Shown here in pieces: positions 56,751 to 64,000 of a stretch of 64,000 nt of DNA. How positions within the stretch are numbered: the first letter of the stretch is position 1; the number at the start of each line of letters is the position of its first letter. Both the position numbers and the translations under genes were made by a program. The notes below the pieces were generated by a model. It was not told the DNA's origin. It saw only the letters and a program-made list of their open reading frames with translations, and ran no database searches. This DNA is from a virus, in the IMG/VR virus record IMGVR_UViG_3300025120_014919, positions 1 through 64,000 of that record. The stretch is one strand, 5' to 3'.

Positions 56751-57623
56751 TTATTCGAAGAAATCTTGTCCGGTATGTAACCCAACTTTATTATTTTTAC
56801 CTTGTAAATGAGCTTTCTTATCTCCTAATTCCTTAGGTTCTGCTTCAACATACTTTTTAGTTGAATCAGATGCTTTATTACCTTTTGCTTTAATTGAACC
56901 TACTTTATTATTCTTTGACATTAATGATTGACCTGCAGAACTTGGAACTTCTTTCATCTCAACTGCTTCTTGATGAGTATCGTCTTCCTCTTCTTCTGTA
57001 TCTTCTTCTGCCTCTTCCATTTCCATTGAATAATCTTCATCAGCATCTGCTTCTTCACTATCATCATCTTCATCTCCCATTGCTGCTTGCAACATGTCGC
57101 AAAGTGACTTAGCCATATCACGATCAATCGTGATTGTAACTTCGTCTGATTCGGTTTCACCCACTTCGGTATCGATACCGAGTGCGTCCAATTCTTGTTC
57201 TTGGTCTGAGTGACCCATTTCTTCACCCATCACATTTTCAAATAATTTATCAAAAGTAGATTTCATAAAAATATTTATACTCTCTTTTACTTTTTTCTCG
57301 ATTTTTTTATCTTTTTTATCCTTTTTATTATAATTTTCTGCAGAATACTTATCACTATCATATAATTCGTCTTCCTTCTTGCTATGTTTAGGATCTATAG
57401 GTTTATTTAAACCATCAATTTCATAAACCGGTTCCGTGGTTCTTGGTCCTTTAGAATGCTGTTTATTTTTAGATTTATTAGAGTTTAAATCAACAGCACC
57501 GGGTCCTGGTTTCATTCCCATATTTTTAGTACCACCTTCAATAGGTCTACCTGCTTTACCTTCGCTGATAATATTATTATTATATGTATCCCATATTTCG
57601 GTTAGAGTATTTGCTCTTGTCAT
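56751..57623 (-). CDS. Highly charged late protein, probable prohead core/internal protein, with nested start at 57266
   Basis: TATAAATA-N5-ATG; acidic tract; followed by terminator. Confidence 0.7.
   Translation of the reverse strand: MTRANTLTEIWDTYNNNIISEGKAGRPIEGGTKNMGMKPGPGAVDLNSNKSKNKQHSKGPRTTEPVYEIDGLNKPIDPKHSKKEDELYDSDKYSAENYNKKDKKDKKIEKKVKESINIFMKSTFDKLFENVMGEEMGHSDQEQELDALGIDTEVGETESDEVTITIDRDMAKSLCDMLQAAMGDEDDDSEEADADEDYSMEMEEAEEDTEEEEDDTHQEAVEMKEVPSSAGQSLMSKNNKVGSIKAKGNKASDSTKKYVEAEPKELGDKKAHLQGKNNKVGLHTGQDFFE
57272..57279 (-). promoter_or_regulatory. Intragenic late promoter driving an in-frame short isoform
   Basis: TATAAATA-TTTTT-ATG(57266), in frame (357 nt from 57623). Confidence 0.75.
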
Positions 57624-57641
57624 TTAAATATTTATACGTCA

Positions 57642-59327
57642 ATGGTAAAAAATAAACAAAACTATATGAATAACCCTAATTTACCTGTGGTTGGGGCCGA
57701 ATTCGAGTATACTCCTGAAATGGTAACAGATTTAAAGAAATGTCAAAAAAATATTTTATATTTTGCAGAAAGATTTTTTTATATAATATCTCTAGATGAA
57801 GGTAAACAAACTATAGACTTACATTACTGTCAAAAAAGAGCTTTACGTAAAATGAGAGATAATCGTTTTTTTATATTATTAGCGAGTAGACAGATTGGTA
57901 AAACTACTATGATGACAATTTATGCTTTATGGGTTGCTTGTTTTAACTCAGATCAAAGAATATTAATTGTAGCAAATAAAGAAGGAACTGCTTTAGAAAT
58001 AATGAGCAGAATAAGAATGGCATATGAAGAATTGCCTAATTGGTTAAAACCTGGAGTTAAAGAATATGGTAAAACCGCTATAACGTTAGCCAACGGTACA
58101 CGAATAGGTATATCAACAACCACTGGCACTGCTGCTCGTGGTCAATCAGTTAATTGTCTTATATTAGATGAGCTTGCCTTTATTGAACCACATTTGGTTG
58201 ACGATTTTTGGAAATCAGTATATCCTATTGTTTCTGCATCTAAAAAATCTAAAATCTTTATAGCTTCGACTGCTAACGGTACAGATAACCTCTTTTATAA
58301 ACTCTATTCAACTGCTGATAATGGGGAATCTAATTGGGCTAGTGATAGAATATTGTGGGATGAAATACCAGGTAGAGACGAACGTTGGAAAAACGATACT
58401 ATATCATCGATTGGTTCGATGGAAGCATTTAATCAAGAATTTAACTGTGAATTTATATCTAGCGGTGAAAGTTCAGTTAACGATGAATTATTCCAAAAAC
58501 TTGCTACAAAAACGTCTGAACCGTTATTCGTATTTGATGATGGTAAGTATTTACTGTGGGATGAACCTAAAGAAGATAGAATATATGTTGCTAGCGTCGA
58601 TACAGGGGAAGGATTAGGTAAAGATTCATCTGTAGTGCAAGTTTTAGATTATACAGACTTAACTAATATTAACCAAGTAGCTGTTTATAGTAATAATGAA
58701 ATCGGTCCATATAATTTCTGCGAAAAAGTATTTGAAATATTACAGCATTGGGGTAACCCTTTAGTCTGTGTTGAAAGAAACAATAGTGGGGGTCAAATAG
58801 TCGATATATTAAAAAATACCCATAATTACGATAATATAGTATCATGGGGTAGTAAAGTAGCTGGTAGAAATAAAAGTCAATTAGGTATAGTTTCTCATAC
58901 TAATACAAAATATAAAGCAGTTACTAATATGAGATATTGGGTTAACGAATTAGAGTCAGTTAATATAAATGATTTAAGAACTATAAAGGAATTGAAAAAC
59001 TATGTAAAAGCAGCTAACGGTACATGGAATGCGAAGAAGGGATATCACGATGATTTAGTCACCTCACTAATGTGGAATCTTATTATATTAGCTGATGAGT
59101 TAGTTGAAACGTATTTTGAGGTGGTAAAAAGAGACTCAAATAATAAACCTTTACAACTACAGCAAATGGAGTTTGGTATTAAATACTTTTTAGACCCAAC
59201 TTCATTATATACTAATGAAAAACATGGTCAAGTAAATGCTTTACCAATTGTTATAGGGAATACAACTAAAACTGATAATGACATACAACAATTAGAAGCA
59301 CAAGGATATAAAATATGGCAACAATAA
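57642..59327 (+). CDS. gp17: Terminase large subunit gp17
   Basis: SRQIGKTT, ANK, RG, ILDELAFI, STANG, QEFNCEF, SVDTGEG, HDDLV. Confidence 0.95.
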   Translation: MVKNKQNYMNNPNLPVVGAEFEYTPEMVTDLKKCQKNILYFAERFFYIISLDEGKQTIDLHYCQKRALRKMRDNRFFILLASRQIGKTTMMTIYALWVACFNSDQRILIVANKEGTALEIMSRIRMAYEELPNWLKPGVKEYGKTAITLANGTRIGISTTTGTAARGQSVNCLILDELAFIEPHLVDDFWKSVYPIVSASKKSKIFIASTANGTDNLFYKLYSTADNGESNWASDRILWDEIPGRDERWKNDTISSIGSMEAFNQEFNCEFISSGESSVNDELFQKLATKTSEPLFVFDDGKYLLWDEPKEDRIYVASVDTGEGLGKDSSVVQVLDYTDLTNINQVAVYSNNEIGPYNFCEKVFEILQHWGNPLVCVERNNSGGQIVDILKNTHNYDNIVSWGSKVAGRNKSQLGIVSHTNTKYKAVTNMRYWVNELESVNINDLRTIKELKNYVKAANGTWNAKKGYHDDLVTSLMWNLIILADELVETYFEVVKRDSNNKPLQLQQMEFGIKYFLDPTSLYTNEKHGQVNALPIVIGNTTKTDNDIQQLEAQGYKIWQQ

Positions 59328-59899
59328 ATCAATCACAGTTAAATAAAGGAAGGTTAGATAAGTTTTTACTTGTTTTAAATTTACCAACCGCTATGCGAGC
59401 TGATACAAAAAAGACTTTAACTGGTAGAAGTAATAAAAATACAATACAAGATAGTTTACAATTTTCAGTATACGGTTCTATAGTGCCAAAAGTCGTAGTC
59501 CCGGAAGAAACATTAGGATATGCAGGTCAATCATTTAAAAAATCGACACATACAAGACCTCCATATGAAAATATTACTGTTAACTTTACAATTGATAGTG
59601 AATTTAATAATTATTGGGTAATTTATAAATGGCTAGATTTAATGAATGATGAAAAGACGTCACATTTTAATTCTAAAAAAGCCGCCGGTACAAATAAATC
59701 ATTTAAATCTCCTGACTTATACCAAACAAATTTTTCTATTTTTGCTAAAGATGAATTTGAAAAAAATAAAGTAAAGTTTACTTATACTAATGCTTTCCCA
59801 GTAAGTTTAGGTCAAATAAGTTATAATTATAGGCAATCGGGTGAAATTGAAACTACCTTTGAATTCGCCTTTTCTCAAATGATAGTCGAATTATTGTAA
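59315..59899 (+). CDS. gp3: Tail completion/sheath stabilizer gp3 (tail-tube fold)
   Basis: YE.ITVNF.ID..FNNY..IYKW, F.NAFPVSL. Confidence 0.65.
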   Translation: MATINQSQLNKGRLDKFLLVLNLPTAMRADTKKTLTGRSNKNTIQDSLQFSVYGSIVPKVVVPEETLGYAGQSFKKSTHTRPPYENITVNFTIDSEFNNYWVIYKWLDLMNDEKTSHFNSKKAAGTNKSFKSPDLYQTNFSIFAKDEFEKNKVKFTYTNAFPVSLGQISYNYRQSGEIETTFEFAFSQMIVELL

Positions 59900-59930
59900 A
59901 TTTTTAACTCGGGAAGCCATAAATAATTTT

Positions 59931-62900
59931 ATGGCACGTACAATACAATCTCCCGGAGTAGAAATAAAAGAAATTGATTTAAGTTTGAGAGCAAACTTAC
60001 CAATAGGTACTAATATTTTAGTACCAGGGTTTGCTGATGAAGGACCAACAGATCAAATTATTCAAGTTACATCAAGAAGTGAGTTTGAAACTATTTTTGG
60101 TCTACCTAAGACACCAGCTGAAAGATATTTTTACCATACAGTTACACCATTATTTGATTCACCAGCAAAGGTAAGCGTATATAGATTACCTTATGGTTCT
60201 AATAAAGGTGAAGGCTTTTCTTCAAACTATAGTGCATTAGCATATCCTGCTAAAGGTATTAGTATTAGTACAGAAGGAGCTGGTGCATCAGCAAAAGCTT
60301 CAGTTCATGAAGTTGCATTACAGACAAGAACATCTGATAATACATATTTTGGAGCTGCATCAGCTAGTTTAAGTGCATTCCAAGTTACGACACCTGATGG
60401 TACAGTTGCAGAAGCACCAGCATTAACACTTAACGATCCGTCAAACAAATTTGTATTTAGACAATATGATGGTTCAAATGCAGGTATAACAGTTACTGGT
60501 GGTTCTAATGCAATACCATTTGGTTTTACAACAGCCCTTTCAGGTGGTACTGATTTTACAACCAATGTAAAGTATTTCTCAGGTGGGTTTGATAAAGCAT
60601 CAGGATTTCCTCTAGATACAGCTGAGGAAGTGACCTTAGACTTTTATAGAAACACAGTATTACCTACAGTTTCAGGTGCAGTAGTAGCATTTACAGCATC
60701 AGGATCAGTATCAGGTAGTAATAAAGCACCATTCGTACAAGTTACTGCAGCAGATGGTGATAATTTAAGTCTTTTCTATACCGCTGCATCTTCGGTTAAG
60801 ACTAAAGTATTAGGAGGAGTTACCCAAACAGTAACTCGTACAAATGGTTACCCTGACGGAGGCGCTGGTTTCTTTGGTAATACAGTTAATCTTGATTTTA
60901 ATGAAAATAGCGAAATACAAGGTTCAAATTATGGTCAAGGTTTAACCACATATAATGAGCAAGCTTCAGGTAACTTGTTTGTTCTAGGTAAGCCAATACA
61001 TTTCCAACTTACTGAAGACCAATACAACAATATCCTACAAAAGAAGACATTTGATTGGGAAAATAGTATTGCAACATCTGCTACTTTAAGTAGTTTTGGT
61101 GAATTAGGTAAATCAGCAATGATTGTTCTAAATAAAGGTCAAACATCAATTGATGATAAGTTCCAAGGTTTTTATGTTGGTGCTCTTGATAATACAAATC
61201 TTAACCCAGCGACTAATTTTGATGGATTATTAACTGTTGAATCAGTAGCTCAATCAGCTAATATAACATCCACATATACCACACTACCAGTACAAAGACT
61301 TGATTTCTCATTATCTTCGATATCTGATAATAATACCGATACATTCGGTCAAGTTACTGATAGTCTTTCAGAAATAATGGAGAATGTGCAGTCATTTGAT
61401 ATATCTGATAAAGAATTCGATGATACGATTTCAGTAGGATTGTTTAGATTAAATCGTTCTAATTACTCACCAGACACCATTAAGTTAGCAGCTGGTTTAG
61501 GTGAAAAATATGTAGGTACATTCGATTATCATCGTCAAGTTAATAATCCTAATGGAGGTACACCAGAAAGCTTCTCATTGGAAACAAAAGAAGATGGTTC
61601 ACCTAATGTTCAAATTATTGTTAATGAGTTCTTAAGTCATAAAGATGGTAGTTCATATTTAGATATTAACGGTAATCCGACAACTAAGATAAGATTAGGT
61701 TCATCTAAGATTGATAGTAATGCATCTTCATTTGCAGATAGAATAACTTATTTCCAACAATTATCTACAGAATATGGAGCTACGACTCGTACGCAAGCAA
61801 CAATTCTATCAGGAGCGGTTGAATCAGCAGTTACAAGTGATATATTCCCAGCAGATTCGTTGTTTCCTTTAGGTAGCTACCAAAATAGTAGTAATGCTAA
61901 AGTTAAGAATTTAGGGTCTATACCTAAGAAGTTGAATAGATTAACTGATCTAGCAGAAGATCGCGATTTATTTGATATCGATCTTACAGTAGATGGTGGT
62001 TTAACTACTATTAATGCAGTTTCTGAATACTTAGAACGAGGTGGTAAAGGTAAATACTTTGATGATACGGTATCGGTTTCAGCTATTGAAGGTTTTTATG
62101 AATCAAATATATTAGATATATCACCTGAAGCAGTAGCATTTAGAAGCGACTGGAAGACAGTATTTGATGTATTTGCTAATTTTGCAGAATTCCGCAGAAA
62201 AGATCATATGTTTATTGCTGACTTACCGAGACATATATTCGTTCAAGGTAAAAACTTTAAGACATTAAATGATGATACTAAGAGCTTTTCATTTAACTTG
62301 ATGAACCCACTACGAGCAATGGTATCAGTAGTCAATACAAGTTACGCAGCAACGTATGCTAATTGGGCTCAAGTTTATGACCCAGTTTTAGATGACCAAG
62401 TTTGGGCACCAATCTCAGGCAATATAGCGAAAACGATGGCTAATTCGGATAGTAATTTCCAACCATGGTTTGCACCAGCTGGATTCACTAGAGGTATTAT
62501 TACCGGGGTTAATGACTTGGCACTATATCCAAAGCAGTCACAGAGAGATCAATTATACAATCGTTCAATTAATCCTATAGCATTCTTTCCGAATGAAGGT
62601 TTTGTAACATTTGGTCAAAAGACATTGCTTAAGAAGCCAAGTGCTTTCGATAGAATTAATGTAAGAAGACTATTCTTAAATCTAGAAAAAGCAACTAGAC
62701 GTACAGTTAAGTTCTTCGTATTTGATCCGAATACGTTAGTTACCAGAACAAGGTTAACAAATGTAATTCAACCTATATTTGAGAATGCTAAAAATACTGA
62801 AGGCTTATATGATTTCTTAATTGTATGTGATGAAAGAAATAATACACCAGAAGTAATCGATCAAAATGAGTTAAAGGTAGATATATACCTGAAACCAGTA

Positions 62901-62972
62901 AGAGCAGCAGAATTTATATTAGTTAATTTCTTTGCTACCAGAACTGGTGTTGATTTCAACGAACTTATTTAA
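59931..62972 (+). CDS. gp18: Contractile tail sheath gp18 (1013 aa)
   Basis: SPGVEIKEIDLS, PWFAPAGFTRG, INP, FGQKTL, SAFDRINVRRL, YLKPVRAAEFI; TAAATA-N5-ATG. Confidence 0.95.
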   Translation: MARTIQSPGVEIKEIDLSLRANLPIGTNILVPGFADEGPTDQIIQVTSRSEFETIFGLPKTPAERYFYHTVTPLFDSPAKVSVYRLPYGSNKGEGFSSNYSALAYPAKGISISTEGAGASAKASVHEVALQTRTSDNTYFGAASASLSAFQVTTPDGTVAEAPALTLNDPSNKFVFRQYDGSNAGITVTGGSNAIPFGFTTALSGGTDFTTNVKYFSGGFDKASGFPLDTAEEVTLDFYRNTVLPTVSGAVVAFTASGSVSGSNKAPFVQVTAADGDNLSLFYTAASSVKTKVLGGVTQTVTRTNGYPDGGAGFFGNTVNLDFNENSEIQGSNYGQGLTTYNEQASGNLFVLGKPIHFQLTEDQYNNILQKKTFDWENSIATSATLSSFGELGKSAMIVLNKGQTSIDDKFQGFYVGALDNTNLNPATNFDGLLTVESVAQSANITSTYTTLPVQRLDFSLSSISDNNTDTFGQVTDSLSEIMENVQSFDISDKEFDDTISVGLFRLNRSNYSPDTIKLAAGLGEKYVGTFDYHRQVNNPNGGTPESFSLETKEDGSPNVQIIVNEFLSHKDGSSYLDINGNPTTKIRLGSSKIDSNASSFADRITYFQQLSTEYGATTRTQATILSGAVESAVTSDIFPADSLFPLGSYQNSSNAKVKNLGSIPKKLNRLTDLAEDRDLFDIDLTVDGGLTTINAVSEYLERGGKGKYFDDTVSVSAIEGFYESNILDISPEAVAFRSDWKTVFDVFANFAEFRRKDHMFIADLPRHIFVQGKNFKTLNDDTKSFSFNLMNPLRAMVSVVNTSYAATYANWAQVYDPVLDDQVWAPISGNIAKTMANSDSNFQPWFAPAGFTRGIITGVNDLALYPKQSQRDQLYNRSINPIAFFPNEGFVTFGQKTLLKKPSAFDRINVRRLFLNLEKATRRTVKFFVFDPNTLVTRTRLTNVIQPIFENAKNTEGLYDFLIVCDERNNTPEVIDQNELKVDIYLKPVRAAEFILVNFFATRTGVDFNELI

Positions 62973-62996
62973 AAAAATAATTATCAATAATAAAAA

Positions 62997-63034
62997 AAAG
63001 ACCGGACTAATTAATTTTAGTTCGGTCTTTCTTT
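62997..63034 (+). terminator. Intrinsic terminator after sheath gene
   Basis: aaagaccggactaa/ttagttcggtcttt stem with U-rich tail; A-run on the other side. Confidence 0.8.
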
Positions 63035-63064
63035 ATATTTTACTTTTTGTAAATAAATATTAAT

Positions 63065-64000
63065 ATGGCTGACAGTAGACTTACAGATTTACCAAACTTT
63101 ACAGAAATAGACAATAATGATATTTTATATATTGTTGATGTGTCACAGGATACATCCAATAAAATAACTTATGGTAATTTAATAGGTAATAGAATAGACA
63201 CAATAAGTAATACAATAGACAGTTTAGGTATACCTAATATTGCATCTCTAACCACTAAGGTTGCAACTCTTTCGGTCATACAAAGAGACAAAGCAGACCA
63301 AAGTTCTCTTAATGCTACTGATGTAAGGGTAGAAGACTTAGAAATCGATAATACAGCAAATAAAAATAACATTGCCCAACTTCAAATAGATACAGGGTCA
63401 TTATCAGGTACAGGTATTGCTGGTAAAGCACCTTTATCCGCTATACAATTAATTAATAGTACTACTAGTTTCTTATCTACTCAAATTGATACAAAAGCAA
63501 CTCTTGTAGAAGATAGTTTAAAAGTTAATCAAACACAATTTGATAGTTTATCAAGTATAACATTTAATTTATCATCAGGTATTACCTTTAACGAGCAAGA
63601 TATAGATTTATTGCAAGCAGCTAATAATACACTTGATTCTGAATTTCAGGTGTTGAGTACTAATGTAACAACTTTATCTACAATAATACCGAATTTAGTA
63701 TCTAACACAGTAGCATTTGAATTAACTGCAGGTGTGCTAGACTTAGAAGACGCTGTCGATGATATAGAAACTGGTCTTAGTTTATCAGCTACAGTTATAA
63801 AGGTACCATTTGATATTAACATTCAAAGTAATACTAATGTATTATGTACATATACAGGGTTAACAGGTGCTCAAGGGTTATCATCAATTCCAATCGAACC
63901 TAATATATTAGGTACTGTAGTAACTGCATATATTAGTTCAGGTAATATGAACAGATATTTAAGTATGGAAGGTTTAATAACGCAGACGGTAGTAGTTAGT
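63065..64000 (+). CDS. Late fibre/structural protein, runs off window (not in ORF track)
   Basis: TAAATA-N5-ATG; MADSRLTDLP..DILYIVD....SNKIT fibre-type N-terminal module; open for 312 codons. Confidence 0.75.
   Translation, partial: MADSRLTDLPNFTEIDNNDILYIVDVSQDTSNKITYGNLIGNRIDTISNTIDSLGIPNIASLTTKVATLSVIQRDKADQSSLNATDVRVEDLEIDNTANKNNIAQLQIDTGSLSGTGIAGKAPLSAIQLINSTTSFLSTQIDTKATLVEDSLKVNQTQFDSLSSITFNLSSGITFNEQDIDLLQAANNTLDSEFQVLSTNVTTLSTIIPNLVSNTVAFELTAGVLDLEDAVDDIETGLSLSATVIKVPFDINIQSNTNVLCTYTGLTGAQGLSSIPIEPNILGTVVTAYISSGNMNRYLSMEGLITQTVVVS

Noticed and set aside
1309-63372. Short alternative-frame or antisense ORFs in the track (e.g. 1309-1506, 3595-3858, 11213-11401, 15734-15946, 16534-16716, 18053-18301, 22304-22699, 33632-33967, 36096-36416, 40148-40519, 41592-42089, 56954-57226, 60305-60565, 63169-63372)
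   Set aside because: They lie within well-supported genes, lack motifs and lack either promoter signature; treated as shadows
1-64000. tRNA, rRNA, CRISPR array, IS element, intron or intein
   Set aside because: Intergenic gaps are tiny; GTTCGA-like strings fall inside CDSs; no repeat-spacer pattern; gp43, gp41, gp17 and UvsX are of ordinary length. Visual check only
1-64000. Stop-codon reassignment
   Set aside because: Core genes are uninterrupted in the standard code, and TAA, TAG and TGA all terminate genes

Overview
AT-rich 64 kb segment of a large T4-like (myovirus) bacteriophage genome, probably aquatic. Core genes: uvsY, uvsW, late sigma gp55, gp47/gp46, DNA polymerase gp43, uvsX, helicase gp41, SSB gp32, clamp gp45, RNase H, primase gp61, neck gp14, terminase gp17, tail completion gp3, a 1013-aa sheath gp18 and the start of a fibre-like gene. 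Accessory content: (1) a late-expressed curli (type VIII secretion) cassette with csgF, csgG and a secreted curlin-repeat protein missed by the ORF track; (2) dispersed 7-deazaguanine genes (folE2, queD, queE, queC), plus a GATase-GNAT-dGTP diphosphohydrolase-glycosyltransferase operon, with no DpdA/TGT visible here; (3) two nucleotide-sugar islands, one with an intact L-arginine amidinotransferase beside an aminotransferase, a deacetylase and two glycosyltransferases (candidate guanidino-sugar pathway), together with enrichment of an L-S-[A/G/S/T] motif in exterior virion proteins (candidate glycosylation sequon); (4) about 15 late proteins with T4-like capsid-targeting N-termini, including a ligase-like/HxGH fusion and a protease, plus a co-transcribed PD-(D/E)xK nuclease. 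The clearest pattern in the DNA itself is a leaderless architecture: 20 starts lie exactly 5 nt after a TAAATA late promoter, and about 14 starts lie 5-8 nt after TTGAWW-N16-TAWAAT. It includes a palindromic bidirectional promoter and an in-frame nested promoter. No tRNA, rRNA, CRISPR array, intein or IS was recognised. All family calls come from recalled motifs, not database searches.
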